The notes under the pieces were generated by a model that worked only from the letters and a program-made list of their open reading frames with translations, did not search any database and was not told where the DNA came from. Position numbers and translations under genes: made by a program. A stretch of DNA of 63,883 nt, filler included, from Sluysia triapertura (taxonomy: Eukaryota): assembly GCA_046118255.1 (NCBI GenBank). It is 5 parts of 5 records of this genome, joined end to end, with 100 filler letters (N's around TTAATTAATTAA, not from the genome) between each part and the next. Parts side by side here need not be neighbours in the genome. Positions count along the whole stretch, not along the records: positions 1 to 11,890 come from JBJNIA010160155.1; 4 more parts are not named here. One strand, given 5' to 3'. This document shows, in pieces, positions 1 to 11,990 of this stretch (its first letter is position 1; every line of letters begins with the position of its first letter).

Positions 1-267
1 TACTATCTCCATTGTGAATACTCCAATTTGGAATATTGGAAAGCTCTTTTTTTGCCAATTTCTTAGAATACTGTTTTGAGTGTTTTTAAAGTCATTAACA
101 CGTTCTTTAATTGTTCTGCTTGGTATATGTTCTGGAGAATCCCAATAAGCGCGATCGTGAGGTTTATCTGGATATTGCTTCAGCTGCAAAAATTTTCCAT
201 GACGCGATTTAACAGGATCATCCAATAAATCAATCTTTGATTTGATTTTATAATGATTAGGAGCCAT
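1..267 (-). CDS. Unassigned open reading frame running off the left window edge (MAPNHYKIKSKIDLLDDPVKSRHGKFLQLKQYPDKPHDRAYWDSPEHIPSRTIKERVNDF...)
   Basis: 89 stop-free codons from ATG at 267 to base 1, locally raised GC; no recognisable motif. Confidence 0.35.
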   Translation of the reverse strand, partial: MAPNHYKIKSKIDLLDDPVKSRHGKFLQLKQYPDKPHDRAYWDSPEHIPSRTIKERVNDFKNTQNSILRNWQKKSFPIFQIGVFTMEIV

Positions 268-559
268 ATTGTGTGCGTTCAGATCTTGGTCTAGCTAGTG
301 GTATTTTCTTCTGCGTCCAAGATAATATTGATATTTAAAAATGTTACCTGGTGATTAATAGATTTTATTTGCCGTCAACAAGTAATATGTTGTAAACAAA
401 AAATTAAAACAAACAGAGAGATAGATTGATAATAAGGATAAAAATGAAATAATAATAATGATAACAATTACGTGGTTATTATGTTCATTAATACGTAATT
501 GTTGAAATTTATTGTGAAATTTTATGATAAAGATTATTATAAAAGTTATTATTTGATAT

Positions 560-773
560 TTACATTATACAACAATAATGACTATAATTGTTACACATGC
601 TTTAATATGATATGAATCGTAATAATAATAACGATGGTTCATGACAATTAGGTGTGATAGTTGTGTTTGTTTTTAAATGAGTTTAGTAGTTTGTTTAATA
701 GTTTGTGTATATGTGGAGTGTTTTTATGCAATGAAATGTGATGGATTTTATGTGATGAATTCCCTACACTAGT
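560..773 (-). repeat. Dispersed repeat fragment, related copy at ~35767-35950 (+)
   Basis: Reverse complement begins TAGTGTAGGGAATTC vs TAGTGTAGTGAACTC at 35768, followed in both by a CA-rich tract and ...TATTGTTGT(A/T). Confidence 0.4.
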
Positions 774-914
774 AATTTAAATTGTAATTAAATAGTAAGA
801 CAAGAGTTTATGCGATTTTTATCATTTTATTTTTCTTGTTAATAATAATAACAATATTGTTATTATTATTATCAATTAACAAAATAAATTTTATTAAAAT
901 TTTTATAAACATAA

Positions 915-1090
915 AGACTAGTTGCTGCCATCACCAGTATTGAGACTGCTCTTCACAATTTTCATTAACGTGTCAATACTGATGATGGTCAATCATCAGC
1001 AATCATTCACGATCCATCTTTCTAATTATCATCCAATCAGGGCTAATTACATTGAATCGTATTTTGCTAAACCCTGATTGGATGATCAAC
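915..1090. promoter_or_regulatory. Three-inverted-repeat head of cassette 1 with paired CCAAT boxes
   Basis: CCATCACCAGTATTGAGAC (928-946)/GTGTCAATACTGATGATGG (970-988); CTGATGAT-ggtca-ATCATCAG (979-999); perfect 15-bp ATCATCCAATCAGGG (1028-1042)/CCCTGATTGGATGAT (1072-1086). Confidence 0.75.
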
Positions 1091-1211
1091 TGCCACTAAC
1101 CATATAAACAACATTAATTAATAAAAAATCAATAAAATATTTTCTTGGCTAGACTAAAGGCAAAAAATTAATTTTGAGTGAAAATTAGACATAAAAATTA
1201 AATGAAATAAA

Positions 1212-2795
1212 ATGCCTACATTAGCTAGTAATGTTATTTCACCCAATGTTAAAAACAATTTACAATCTGCTCTTCAAACTACGTTGTCAAATTTTACAAA
1301 CAAATTTGTATGCTTAACATCAAAGGTTAATGAAATTTTCAGTGAATTAACAGGTGCATGTGGTCAAATAGTAAAGGGTTACGCTCCTTGAAACACAGAC
1401 TTATGTTATATCCAATGATATCCAAAACGATAAAGTTAGTATTTATAGAGCAAGTACTGAGAATGAAGACCTATTTGAAATCAATCAACCACCATGTTAC
1501 ATCGATATTTTAGTCAGTGAACTGCAGAACTTACATAATATACGTAGTTACAGGTCTGCTGCCTTAGATTGCCTTTCGGAATGTTTATTTAGTCTTTGCA
1601 TAAATATATTACTGTTTTAATGATTTGTATTCCGCGTGGAGTTTCGTATCCTATAATTTAACGATGAAGACTCACTTATTCCGTCATCAATTTGATCTAA
1701 ATGCTTATTTACAAAAAATCCACTTAATGTTATCGAAATTAATTTTATCAAGTCAACAACAGGTATCTCGAGATCCGCTATTACTGTCTCACTCAGAATT
1801 CTCTAGATTTATATACGATAATATGTCGCAAATATTGCGCAGTATTGGACAATATAAGACATTCACCGATCATTTTTTAATGTAAAAACATTGTAAATTA
1901 ATTCGCGATCGCTATCAATTGAGATTTATCGGTTCTAATTTCATTATTCGAATAATAGTGCATAAAATAGCCACTACACGATATGTCTATCAGTCGTACC
2001 TTATACAAACCGTTATTGCAAAAATCAATTTTATTTACTCTAATTGCTTATCCTTATCATTTTCAAACGACTAATTTAAAAGGTTTGATGATTAAATTGT
2101 GGAGTCAATATGCAAGACTCATCAACGAGTCCGATGAAAAATTTTTACCAATGAATTATTTGATTATGATGAAAGAAACTTCACAAGTTGATGAATACGT
2201 GAAATTAGAATATGAATGTACTTCAACTTTCTTAGACGTCATTACTATGAGTACCGGAATGATGAAGAAAGCAAGTAGTCAAAGCTTACCAAAATTAAAG
2301 TTTTATAGAGGATTAAAGTTGAGCGATCATCAGGATGTTGTGTCGTTTCTTTTAGTGTATCATGGATAACTATAGATAAAACTTTGTTAGACGTAAAGTA
2401 TCCATTTTGTATTATTACCAAAATGGACAGAGAATGCCTGATCACACCTTGGCTACTTTTGAATACCGAATGCCGTGATATGTTAAGACGATTGATTAAG
2501 AAGACGACCTCATCAGGTGTAAAGTATCGGATTATGTGGCAAGATGATCACATTATCTCACGGCTATATATGGCACGTCATGAATTATTGCTTATGTTCC
2601 AGTTTAGTCTTAACCCAATATTGGCAAGCAAATATTTCAAATATAACCCGACTAAAGATGGTATTAACAAAACGTCTTCGAAAACACTTTCAGTAAATTT
2701 TGATATTTTATATTTAATCCATAATCTTATTATACTATATTTCTTAGAATACAGATGTGAGATTTGGAATCACGGAGCAGCGCTCGGTGCAGTAA
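1212..2795 (+). pseudogene. Decayed ~500-codon cargo gene of cassette 1, unknown family, probable short 3' intron 2693-2747
   Basis: ATG 1212 (MPTLASNVISPNVKNNLQSALQTTLSNF...); ORF pieces 1625-1885, 1983-2369 and 2384-2692 join via stops and frameshifts; GTAAAT...TTCTTAG 55-nt AT-rich intron-like segment. Confidence 0.6.
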
Positions 2796-4186
2796 AGAAT
2801 CCGCTGGTGATCAAGTTGAGACTGTATTGCAACAACTTAAAGTTCATTGATAAATATTATTATAAATTTAATAAAATTTTTTGTTCATTATATTGCAAAA
2901 TTTTTATTAATTACACGAATAAAAGCAAAATGATAGCAAAGATTGAAAATACTAAGAAAAAAATTAATATTAATAGTCAAATGGCATATTTTAAACTAAT
3001 AAACAGTAAAATTAACTGTAATATTTTTGTAATAAGAAACTTAATCTCTACGACATTTAAAATAGACTTTACCCTGAACAACCTTAAAGCTTCTTGTAGA
3101 ACTACAAATTTAAAGGTTGTCAACAAATATATATTAAAACTCGACCAACTGACCACACCACTAAATCGGTACCCGATTACTAAGATTTCAACTATCCCAA
3201 AACGTCTAAACTTCATTTTTATATTTTTTTTCGTTATTTCTTTTTTATATGCAAGTTTGAAATGTTCCAAGATTTAATGGAGCGAGCTGTTAAAAAATTT
3301 TAGTTTTTAAATTTATTTTTAAAAAATTTCATTTTTAATATTGCTGAGGTATTATCAAATATTATCAGAATACTTATTCCTCCTCGGGAATTGGTAATGC
3401 AGATTTACAAAGTAGCGAAAACATATACCAAAAATGACTAGTGGTTTAAGTCGAATAGAACAAAAAGAACGCTTGAAAAATGTTGTTATATTATTGTTGC
3501 AACACCAAATTTTGACGAAGCACATAAGAATGTAGAAACCAGATTTCTAGCTCAAGCTAAAGAATTTTTCAGAGTGCGGACAAGATCACCAAGTATTTTT
3601 GCTTTTAGATGCGATTACAGAAAATTTAATGACATTAACTGGCAAAGTTATTAACAAATCACATCATGATTTTTTCCACCTATAAAGTATTTGATTTTGA
3701 CTATTTTTATAAAAGTTTTTTGTATATAGTAGATTTTTGTGTAAATTAAATTCAGTTTTTAGTTTTGATTTTTTTCAGAAATTTTTGTTTAATAATTATA
3801 ATAGTAATTATAATTTAATAATTATAATAGGACCTTAAGTTCATATTCGTTAATTGGGAATATAATAATCATGTTTTTTAAAATGGAATGGGCCTTAAGC
3901 CCAACTTTTATAATCTCATTTACACTTATTTTATTATAATTCATAACATAATTTCATTCATTATAACCCGGCTGTAACACTGCACTTCCATCTCTTACGC
4001 CAGAGAAAAATAAAGACTCAAACCTCAAAAATAAATTCATTTAAGTTAACAAAGCAACACAAATGAAAAAGTTTTTAACTCATCTGAACCAAAAAGTTAA
4101 GTAATTAGGATACGAAAAACACTAAAATTTTTACAGATAATCTTGAAAAGTTATCAATAAAATATCTCAAATAAAATCAATCTTAC

Positions 4187-6432
4187 TTAAATAATTTATT
4201 ATTCCGAGAATAATCTTGTTCTATATAAAAAGCCAAAGTTAAAAGATTATCTTTGCATTGCGAATCAATATGTGGGTTTATTGAGTTTTTCTTATCATCG
4301 AAGTCAATATCTGAATGTGTAACAATTTTTAAGAGACATCCATATATATCATTCGGATTTTTTAATATCAGACAGTATTTCTCAATTTCTCTTTTACAAA
4401 CACGACTGATAATTGGATCCAATTTAAGTATATTTTCTGTTGGGTTAACAATCTTAAAAGAAAATATTATTAATTTATTTGTTTATTATATTTGTAAATT
4501 AAATTTAAACATACAATTCTTAAGATTAGAAAAATTAGGAGCATTTTGCAACTATTATTCGAATGTAATGAATATTTTTTTAAATTCGAACAAAAAATAA
4601 ACTAAGGTTTTCTCCAACATAGAGAATAGTTACAAATGGTTCAATATTAAAATACGCCAATTAATGCTAATGATTATTTTAATGTTAAAAGTTAGACCCG
4701 TATATTTAATCTAAATTTTTCAATCTATAAATTTGAAATAAGCAAAACATTTAAATCAAATGTTCACTGGGAAAGCATTTCCCGATATATAATTGCTGAG
4801 AAAATAATAATTTGATATCCTTTTTAAGCATTTTGGACATGATAGTGCAATAAAATTTATTTTATTCCTTTATTTATGTTACATTAAAAATTAATTTACG
4901 CTTCTTAATAATCAAGCAGAACTAAAAATTGTGCAAGGCTATTGAAAAATAATTTAAGTAAAATTGCAATATATTTTTTATTTACATTACATTAATAACC
5001 TTTGCTTAATTTTCTATTTTAATGAGTTTTTAGATTTGATGTGAAACATAAATCTATTTGGAGTTCAAAATAACATAAAGAAATTATTACAACCTCAGCA
5101 ATAGAAAAAATAAAGAAATTTTTATCACAATTTAAAATAATGTAAACTTAAGGTAATAAATTATTATTACACAATAAATATTAATAATTTACTAGCAAAT
5201 ATTCCTGAATATGATTGGAGCAGTTTTTACTAAATTCCAAATTATTATACATACCATGCTTCAACAAACATAACAGTATTTGATTTGAATTTGTAATATT
5301 CGAACAATAAGAAGTGATTTCAAACTGACAACTTGGAAACAATATTGTATTGAATGACTAAAAACTAAGAGAAAAATCAATATAGTTACTTTTATATCTT
5401 CAGAAATTTCTACTCTTATTTCTGTAACTTCTGCCTGACACAACTTAGTTAAATTATTTCTAGCTTGCAACAAACATTTTAAAATAGTTTTCATCTCTAT
5501 AATGTTATCCTTAGATTTAATTATACAGTTATATTTTACAATGTCAATTGAACATTTTTCTAATAAACTTACTCTAGCATTATAATCATTTAGTTCAATT
5601 TTTTGTTTTACGACTAATGCTGATTGGCATGAATTACTCATACTTTTGTGAAACTTATGCTTTAACAAGTATTCGTATACCAACCCATTTCCCGATGGAA
5701 TATTTTTACACAAACTAATTCTTTCTTCGCTACAATAATAAAAAATCTCTGGATTCATACGGTAATCATAAGCTTGTATTTCTGCCAATCGAAGAATTTC
5801 TGAACGACATGCTCTATCCACTTGATCAATATTTTCAACTAAACAATTTATTGTAGGAGTTTGAGTAACAATACGTAATTGTAAGTTTGGAAAAGAATAA
5901 TTATTTGCAATATCTGTATATAGCCTACCACACTTTAACGCAATTATGCTAGAGTTGCAATGTTTAAGAAAACGACTTATTACAAATATATCAGAAAATA
6001 CCACTGAAACAAATTCATTAAGACGATTTCGACAATGATCAGAATCAATTTTATGTATAGTTTTTAGTAAACAAATAATATCATCAACGTTATTGGATTT
6101 ATTACAGGTTTTTATTTTTTGTACATAGTTTTTGCAGTAATTTTCAACAAAAAGTAGTACATAGTCGATATTCAATATTTGAGTTTTAAAATTCCAAATA
6201 GCATGCTGGCATGATTTAGAAATCATATCAATATGCGGTACTTTTTGTAAGCATTTTAAAATTTGAAAATCAGTTCGAAATTTATTTGTATCACATAAAT
6301 TTGATATGTCTTGACTACATTCTGGAGAAAACTTTAATTTTAAAAAATCATCTAATTATAATTTAATAAATTAAACAGTTAATTACTCGAAAAAACCAGT
6401 TGGACAATTAATAAAAAAATCCATAATTTCAT
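4187..6432 (-). CDS. GLG1: Golgi apparatus protein 1 (MG160/ESL-1, cysteine-rich GLG1 repeats), 5' part; exons 6432-6387, 6351-5390, 5357-5193, 4452-4187
   Basis: Signal-peptide exon MKLWIFLLIVQLVFS; GLG1-type repeats (CRSEILRLAEIQAYDYRMNPEIFYYCSEERISLCKNIPSGNGLVY, LDPIISRVCKREIEKYC); phase-consistent GT-AG introns of 35, 32 and 740 nt. Downstream exons not located. Confidence 0.9.
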
Positions 6433-6759
6433 TTTGATATAAATTTAATAATGTGCTTAAACAAAATGTGTTTAATTTTATTTAATAATAAAAAAAATTA
6501 ATATTAACAAAAATATAAATTATTTGTAAATAAAATTAAATAAAACATGATGAAAAATTAAATTTAATTCTTTTGTTTCAGTTTCATATTTCCTGTAAAA
6601 ATTTCTAACCATTCAAACAAATAATTAAAAATCAGTTTAGAACAATAAATTTTGTATTTAGACAATAAATACAATGAGGTTTTGTATTTAGCTTTACGTT
6701 TATTCAGTATTCATAAATTAAAAATTAAATCATTCTATTCTTTTTGTAAGATAAATTAT

Positions 6760-7230
6760 TTAAGTCAATAATCATGAAATATAAAACTATTGGGATTACC
6801 TAACTGTTGGATGAGAAGTGAGTGAGAAAGACATCGAACTGGAAAATACAGGACGAAATTATATAAAATGATAAGCAAAACATAATAAAACACTGATGAA
6901 GTTACAATAATAATCATTTTGAGAATGAAGAAATACCGTGGAGTTTCAAAGATTCTTGATGACATTTGAGATTTGCTTTATAACATTATGGAACCTTGAA
7001 CTTGTGAATCATGAGAACTTCATGGATATTTAAGACCTTTATAATCACTTAATGGTTTGTGAAATAGTTAGCATAAGAAGTCGACTTAGTGAATGTGAAA
7101 GCATCTACAACCCCCTAAGCCCCTGTAAAGTACCTTGTTTTAGAACCTTAATGGATTCTTTATGCACAAAATATGACAGTTTTAAAATATATTAATTAAT
7201 TAAAATCTTAATTAACTTAATTAAGGTAAT
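6760..7230 (+). repeat. Fragment of dispersed repeat family R1
   Basis: GAAGAAATACCGTGGAGTTTCAAAGAT, CCCTGTAAAGTAC and TTAATTAATTAAAATCTTAATTAA shared with 8700-9095 and 17340-17790. Confidence 0.65.
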
Positions 7231-7675
7231 GTTGCGTCTTTATTTAAAATTATTAACAATAACTCGATAATTAAATTAGCTCTAAATTTCGATATATGTA
7301 CAGTACTAATTATTGATTATTCTCTCATTGCAGTAAACTTTCAGTGTTCACAGATAAATGCAAATTCTAATTATAAACTAAAGTCTTTACGAATTCAAGT
7401 AACAGGTGCAATACTGTTACGTCTTAAGTCACTAATAACAATAATCCAATATTAATTTTATTCTCAATTTTATAAAATGTCAAATGAATCTGATGGTGAT
7501 TTTTTTATCGTCTTAATTCTGGATGAATCTCTTGCCATTTAACTAATTAGTCAAAGCTTTAGGTATTAGTTCTTAATTTTATTTATTTACTTTCATAGCA
7601 AATTCTTTTTTAAAAAATTTTTTATTCAATTCTTTTAATCGAAATAATGAAACAATAATATTAGACTTCGTAAAA

Positions 7676-7746
7676 TGGACTGACCGGGGATCGAACCCGG
7701 GACCATCGTCTGCACAGTCGATGCTCTACCACTGAGCTATCAGCCC
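7676..7746 (-). tRNA. tRNA-Ala-like gene (G3:U70, probable UGC origin) with aberrant anticodon arm; possibly a pseudogene
   Basis: GGGCTGA TA GCTC AGTGGTA GAGC A TCGAC TGTGCA GACGA TGGTC CCGGG TTCGATC CCCGG TCAGTCC A, then TTTT; intact A and B boxes and acceptor/D/T stems; 6-nt anticodon loop. Confidence 0.75.
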
Positions 7747-8559
7747 CTTCTAACAATTTCATTTTTAATATATTCAATTATAGTACTTGGCAATTTTTAG
7801 GCCTTTTACCCCAACAAATGACTAAAAAAAGAATTACTTACCCCGAGATGTTTGGGTTTTAATACATCATTTGGATTTTTATCTAATTTTTTTTGAATTC
7901 TGATGAATTTTTGTAATTTAAAACTATTTTCATTGAGATGTTCTTTAACACATTCAAATCATATATTCCTAAATTAAGCCACCACTTTAGAAGTGACATA
8001 AATTGATTTGAAACAGTTAATTCGTCGCAAAATTGATTAAACACGACAACGATGAATTTGTTCTTCTGAAATGCATTATTTAAATAGCGGATGTAGTACC
8101 GAAAAAACTACTGTTCTTCATGATATATATATAGACTGATTTTACATAATATAGGTATATATTTTAGTATGCATACAAACTATTTCGTAGCATGAGTGGA
8201 AGTATACTTTATTAATTTCAAAATCAAATTAAAATAGACACAAAATTAAAATCTGTTTAATGTAATTATAATAAAAATAATAAAAACATGAAATAAATTA
8301 CATAAGTATGTAAATTTAAAACATTTCTTTGTTTAGATCTTGCTTTATTTTCCTGTAACATTTATTTTGCTGTAATTAAATTAATTTTTAGTTTTTTACA
8401 CTTAATTTTCTAATATAAAATAATTAAGGTTCTTAACCTTAAATAGAACAGTCTACAAACATTTCAAATTCATCTCTAGTTTTTCTTATTTTACATTAAT
8501 AATCTCATATTCAATTCATTATCTTTTCATTATTCTGTTGGATTGTCCAGCTAGTGAGT

Positions 8560-10600
8560 AGAAAATAGGTTAAAAGGCTAAACAATTTAAAATATGTAGG
8601 AAAATATAAAATATCTGAAACATAATAACATAAGCATAATTAAATATTGCTAGAATAAGAATGATGAAGAAGAAAATGTTTATAGTAATTTTGAAACCGA
8701 AGAATACTTTGGAGTTCCAAAGATCTTATGAAGGCTTAAGAGTTTGGAAAGATGTTTTGAAGTATGAAGATGCATTTGAGCTTCTGAATCTCGTGATCAT
8801 TTGAGACTTTGTTAATCTTTTGGAATCTTTGAGGCCTTCAAGACTTTAATAAACCTTTGAGATCTTCGAGTAACCCTGTAAAGTACTTGAAATCTTTAAA
8901 ATGTTCAAGAACTAAAATCATTAATAATTAAGATAAAAAAGTAGAAAAATGAATCAGAATGCTGAAGGTGAAAAATCTAGAACCCCTCGAGTACCTTATA
9001 AAGTATCTAACAACTTTATAACCATAATAAAACATTTCAACATAAAATAAAATTAAGTTAAAATAATCTATTAATTAATTAAAATCTTAATTAAGAAAAA
9101 TTACGTCTGTGTGAATAACTTTTGAATTCGGAATGCTATTGCTAATGTTATTCTTATCTAGAGAATAAAAGATTGATACTAGGCTTACCAATTAGGGCTA
9201 GCCGTTGGGTTTTAATGAAAAAATTTAATATGGAGGTTAGATTATGATCTGACTTCTATACAAAATTATTGCAGATAAATTAATTATAATTGTTATTGAT
9301 GAATCTACAAAAAATCTAATTTACAAAAAAATTTAATTTTCGTTGGATATGATAAATGTATCTGTTAACAAGTATTAAATTTAAAAGAAAAATAATTTAT
9401 CAAGGTATATTCAAAATTCAATACAATGGTTTGACAAAAAATAATATAATACAATTATCTAATAATATAATGTTATTATATATTACGTTATTAACTTAAT
9501 CTAAGTTAATACAATATGATAAAAAATTTAAAATCAGATTTTACAGACGAACCATGAAAATGTTCCAAAAAGTTATAAACAATATTTTTAGTATATTTTG
9601 CAAAAATACTTTAAAGGTACCACAACTTATGAAAAATAAACTGACGAAATAACAAAATTAGAAAGATTATTTGATCCAAATTATGTTCAAGGACGTCGAC
9701 TCAAAAAACTGCGATTTAAATGATAAAAGGCAATTTGTGTGTTTTGTGTTCTATTTATAATGATTTTAATAGTCCTTGAACGATGTTTGACAAACAAAAA
9801 TTTTAAAATTTATTTAATTTAACTAGTTTATTTAAATATTTAATTTTTTACGTTAATTTATTTTTTAAATTTGTTACTTTAAATTTTTTCTTTTAAAATT
9901 TACAGTATCAAATATTTAAAAATAATAAAATACTTACATTAAATAATATCAATTTCAGATAATCAATAATTGTTTATTTATAAATTATTTCAATGTAATC
10001 CAAATAAAATCAATAAATGTTTACCAATGTGTCACCAATAATAATTAAATAATATAATATCATATACACTCACACAATATATATACACAATACTATGTTA
10101 ACTTGTAAATGTGGATTGTAAGTGTTTTAAAGAGATCTTCTGGTGAATATAAGGTTTTTTGACAGAGTTTATGCGAGAAAAGACTCCATGATGAGCAAAC
10201 TTAAATTTTAATCAATTTTTAATTAAAAATGTTGAACTTTTTCATATTTAGAACGATAGAAAATATAATGAATTGAATATGAAATTATTGCTATGAAAGA
10301 GGGGAATCCGAAAATGAGGTTGAAATGTTTGTGAAGTGGTTTGTTTGAAAATGTTTACATTTTCCATTAGAAAATTAAGTGTGAGCAATTGGAAATTAAT
10401 TGAATTCCAAAAACTAAAATTAAATTCATAATTTTAAGTATGCTGATAATAATAATAATTGTTATTTTGATGTAAGAAGTAATTTATGAAAAAAGAGATC
10501 GAGTGGAGTAGAAGAAAAATAATGATTGATTGTTAATCGAACTTTTAAGTTCGGTTTGACAGGTCGTACAATGTAATAGTCAATTTAACTATGTTCGGTC
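8560..10600 (+). repeat. Copy of repeat family R1 interrupted by ~1 kb of other sequence (~9140-10130)
   Basis: 8560-9140 aligns with ~17200-17832 (…TACGT.TGTGTGAATAACTTTTGAAT…GAATGCTAT) and 10130-10600 with ~17870-18330 (TTGCTATRAAAGAGGRGAATC, TTTTCCAT.AGAAAAT). Confidence 0.7.
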
Positions 10601-11890
10601 TAATCTTCAAAAGAGGTTTTGATAATATGTATGGAATATTTCTGATTGTGAATTTGGAAATGATTAAATAAAGGGGACTACCTAAAAAAATTTTTCATAA
10701 CAAGGCACAATAAAAACTCAACAATATTATAATATTATAAATAAGTTAATAAATATTTCTGGATTTTTGTTTAATATTGTGTCATTTATACTTTTACTTT
10801 AAATTATCAAATTATAAACCAATAATTAAACAAATTCGGAATCTCAATATATTTTTTAAAATATCACAATTATACAATGAAAATTCTTTTATATTAATAC
10901 ATTTCTATTATATAAATAAAACTAATAAAATTCTTCTAACAAAATTTCTTCAATGTATAACTTTACTGTCGGCTTTAAAATTACAAAAATATTAATAAAT
11001 CACTACCAGAGGTGACAAAACTGAAATAAAATAAATGTTGACGCCCGTACTATCTAAAATATAATGAATAAAAAACAAGTTACTAACCCTTTTTCTCATA
11101 ACCCCTCAAATGTTTATTTTACCACAGATGAAACGGTTGTTTCTGAGGCTAAAAGTTTTTAATTTCTTTATTATCTCTCCCTACTCTTGCCTTGTTGTTT
11201 TGTTTCTGGTCTTTAATTAATCTTTAATTAAAATTTTAATTAATTAATGTAATTTTTTACGCAATCTTATTTTGTACTTGCTGGGTTCTTTTTTAACCTA
11301 AAAGCTTCCCTACAGCAAAATAATTAATATTTATGAGTCCGTTTACAGTATACGACTTACCTATGGCGTACCTGTAAAAATCACGTAAAGTAATTATTAA
11401 AATTTAACTCTTTTAAAAACGTTCAATTTCTGTCTGACACTGCTAAGTAAAAATTGTTAATTTATAACTGAAGTTGAATAAAGCTAAACTAAATCAATCG
11501 TCAAATTCAACGGTTTAGTTTAAAAATGTAAATCTAATATTCCTTATTACAAATTATATATTCCAATAACAAATTACTCCAAAATAACTGATTTTCTACT
11601 TGAATCTTAATACCCTTAGTTCTCTTGAAATAAAAATAATAAAACACAAAAGAATTTGATATTTTTATTATTAAACGAATGTCTAAAAATGTGGTGTTGA
11701 GTATAGCAAAATATTTAAGATAAAAATTATGAACTAGTAATAACAAAAATTATTAAAAATATCGAAATGTACTCCAAATAACAATAATAAATGTATAATA
11801 ATGAATATGCACTTTAATATATTAAGGATGTAGCTTTAAAAACTCCACCCTACAATAATAATGTTATGATTGATCTTAAGGACCAACAAA

Positions 11891-11990
11891 NNNNNNNNNN
11901 NNNNNNNNNNNNNNNNNNNNNNNNNNNNNNNNNNTTAATTAATTAANNNNNNNNNNNNNNNNNNNNNNNNNNNNNNNNNNNNNNNNNNNN
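11891..11990. other. Assembly gap with TTAATTAATTAA spacer
   Basis: 44 N + TTAATTAATTAA + 44 N. Confidence 0.98.

Larger units (their letters stand above)
800..3215 (+). mobile_element. Palindrome-headed single-gene cassette, copy 1
   Basis: Head 800-1090 is the reverse complement homologue of 25690-26020; tail 3155-3215 matches 23511-23565; a decayed ORF lies between them. Confidence 0.7.

Noticed and set aside
935-946. CAGTATTGA as a CRESS-virus nonanucleotide
   Set aside because: It does not match the NANTATTAC pattern and lies in a stem arm, not a loop.
2850-3277. C-terminal half of the 297-aa ORF and the antisense 97-aa ORF as real coding
   Set aside because: K/I/N-rich read-through of an intron-like segment and AT-rich trailer.
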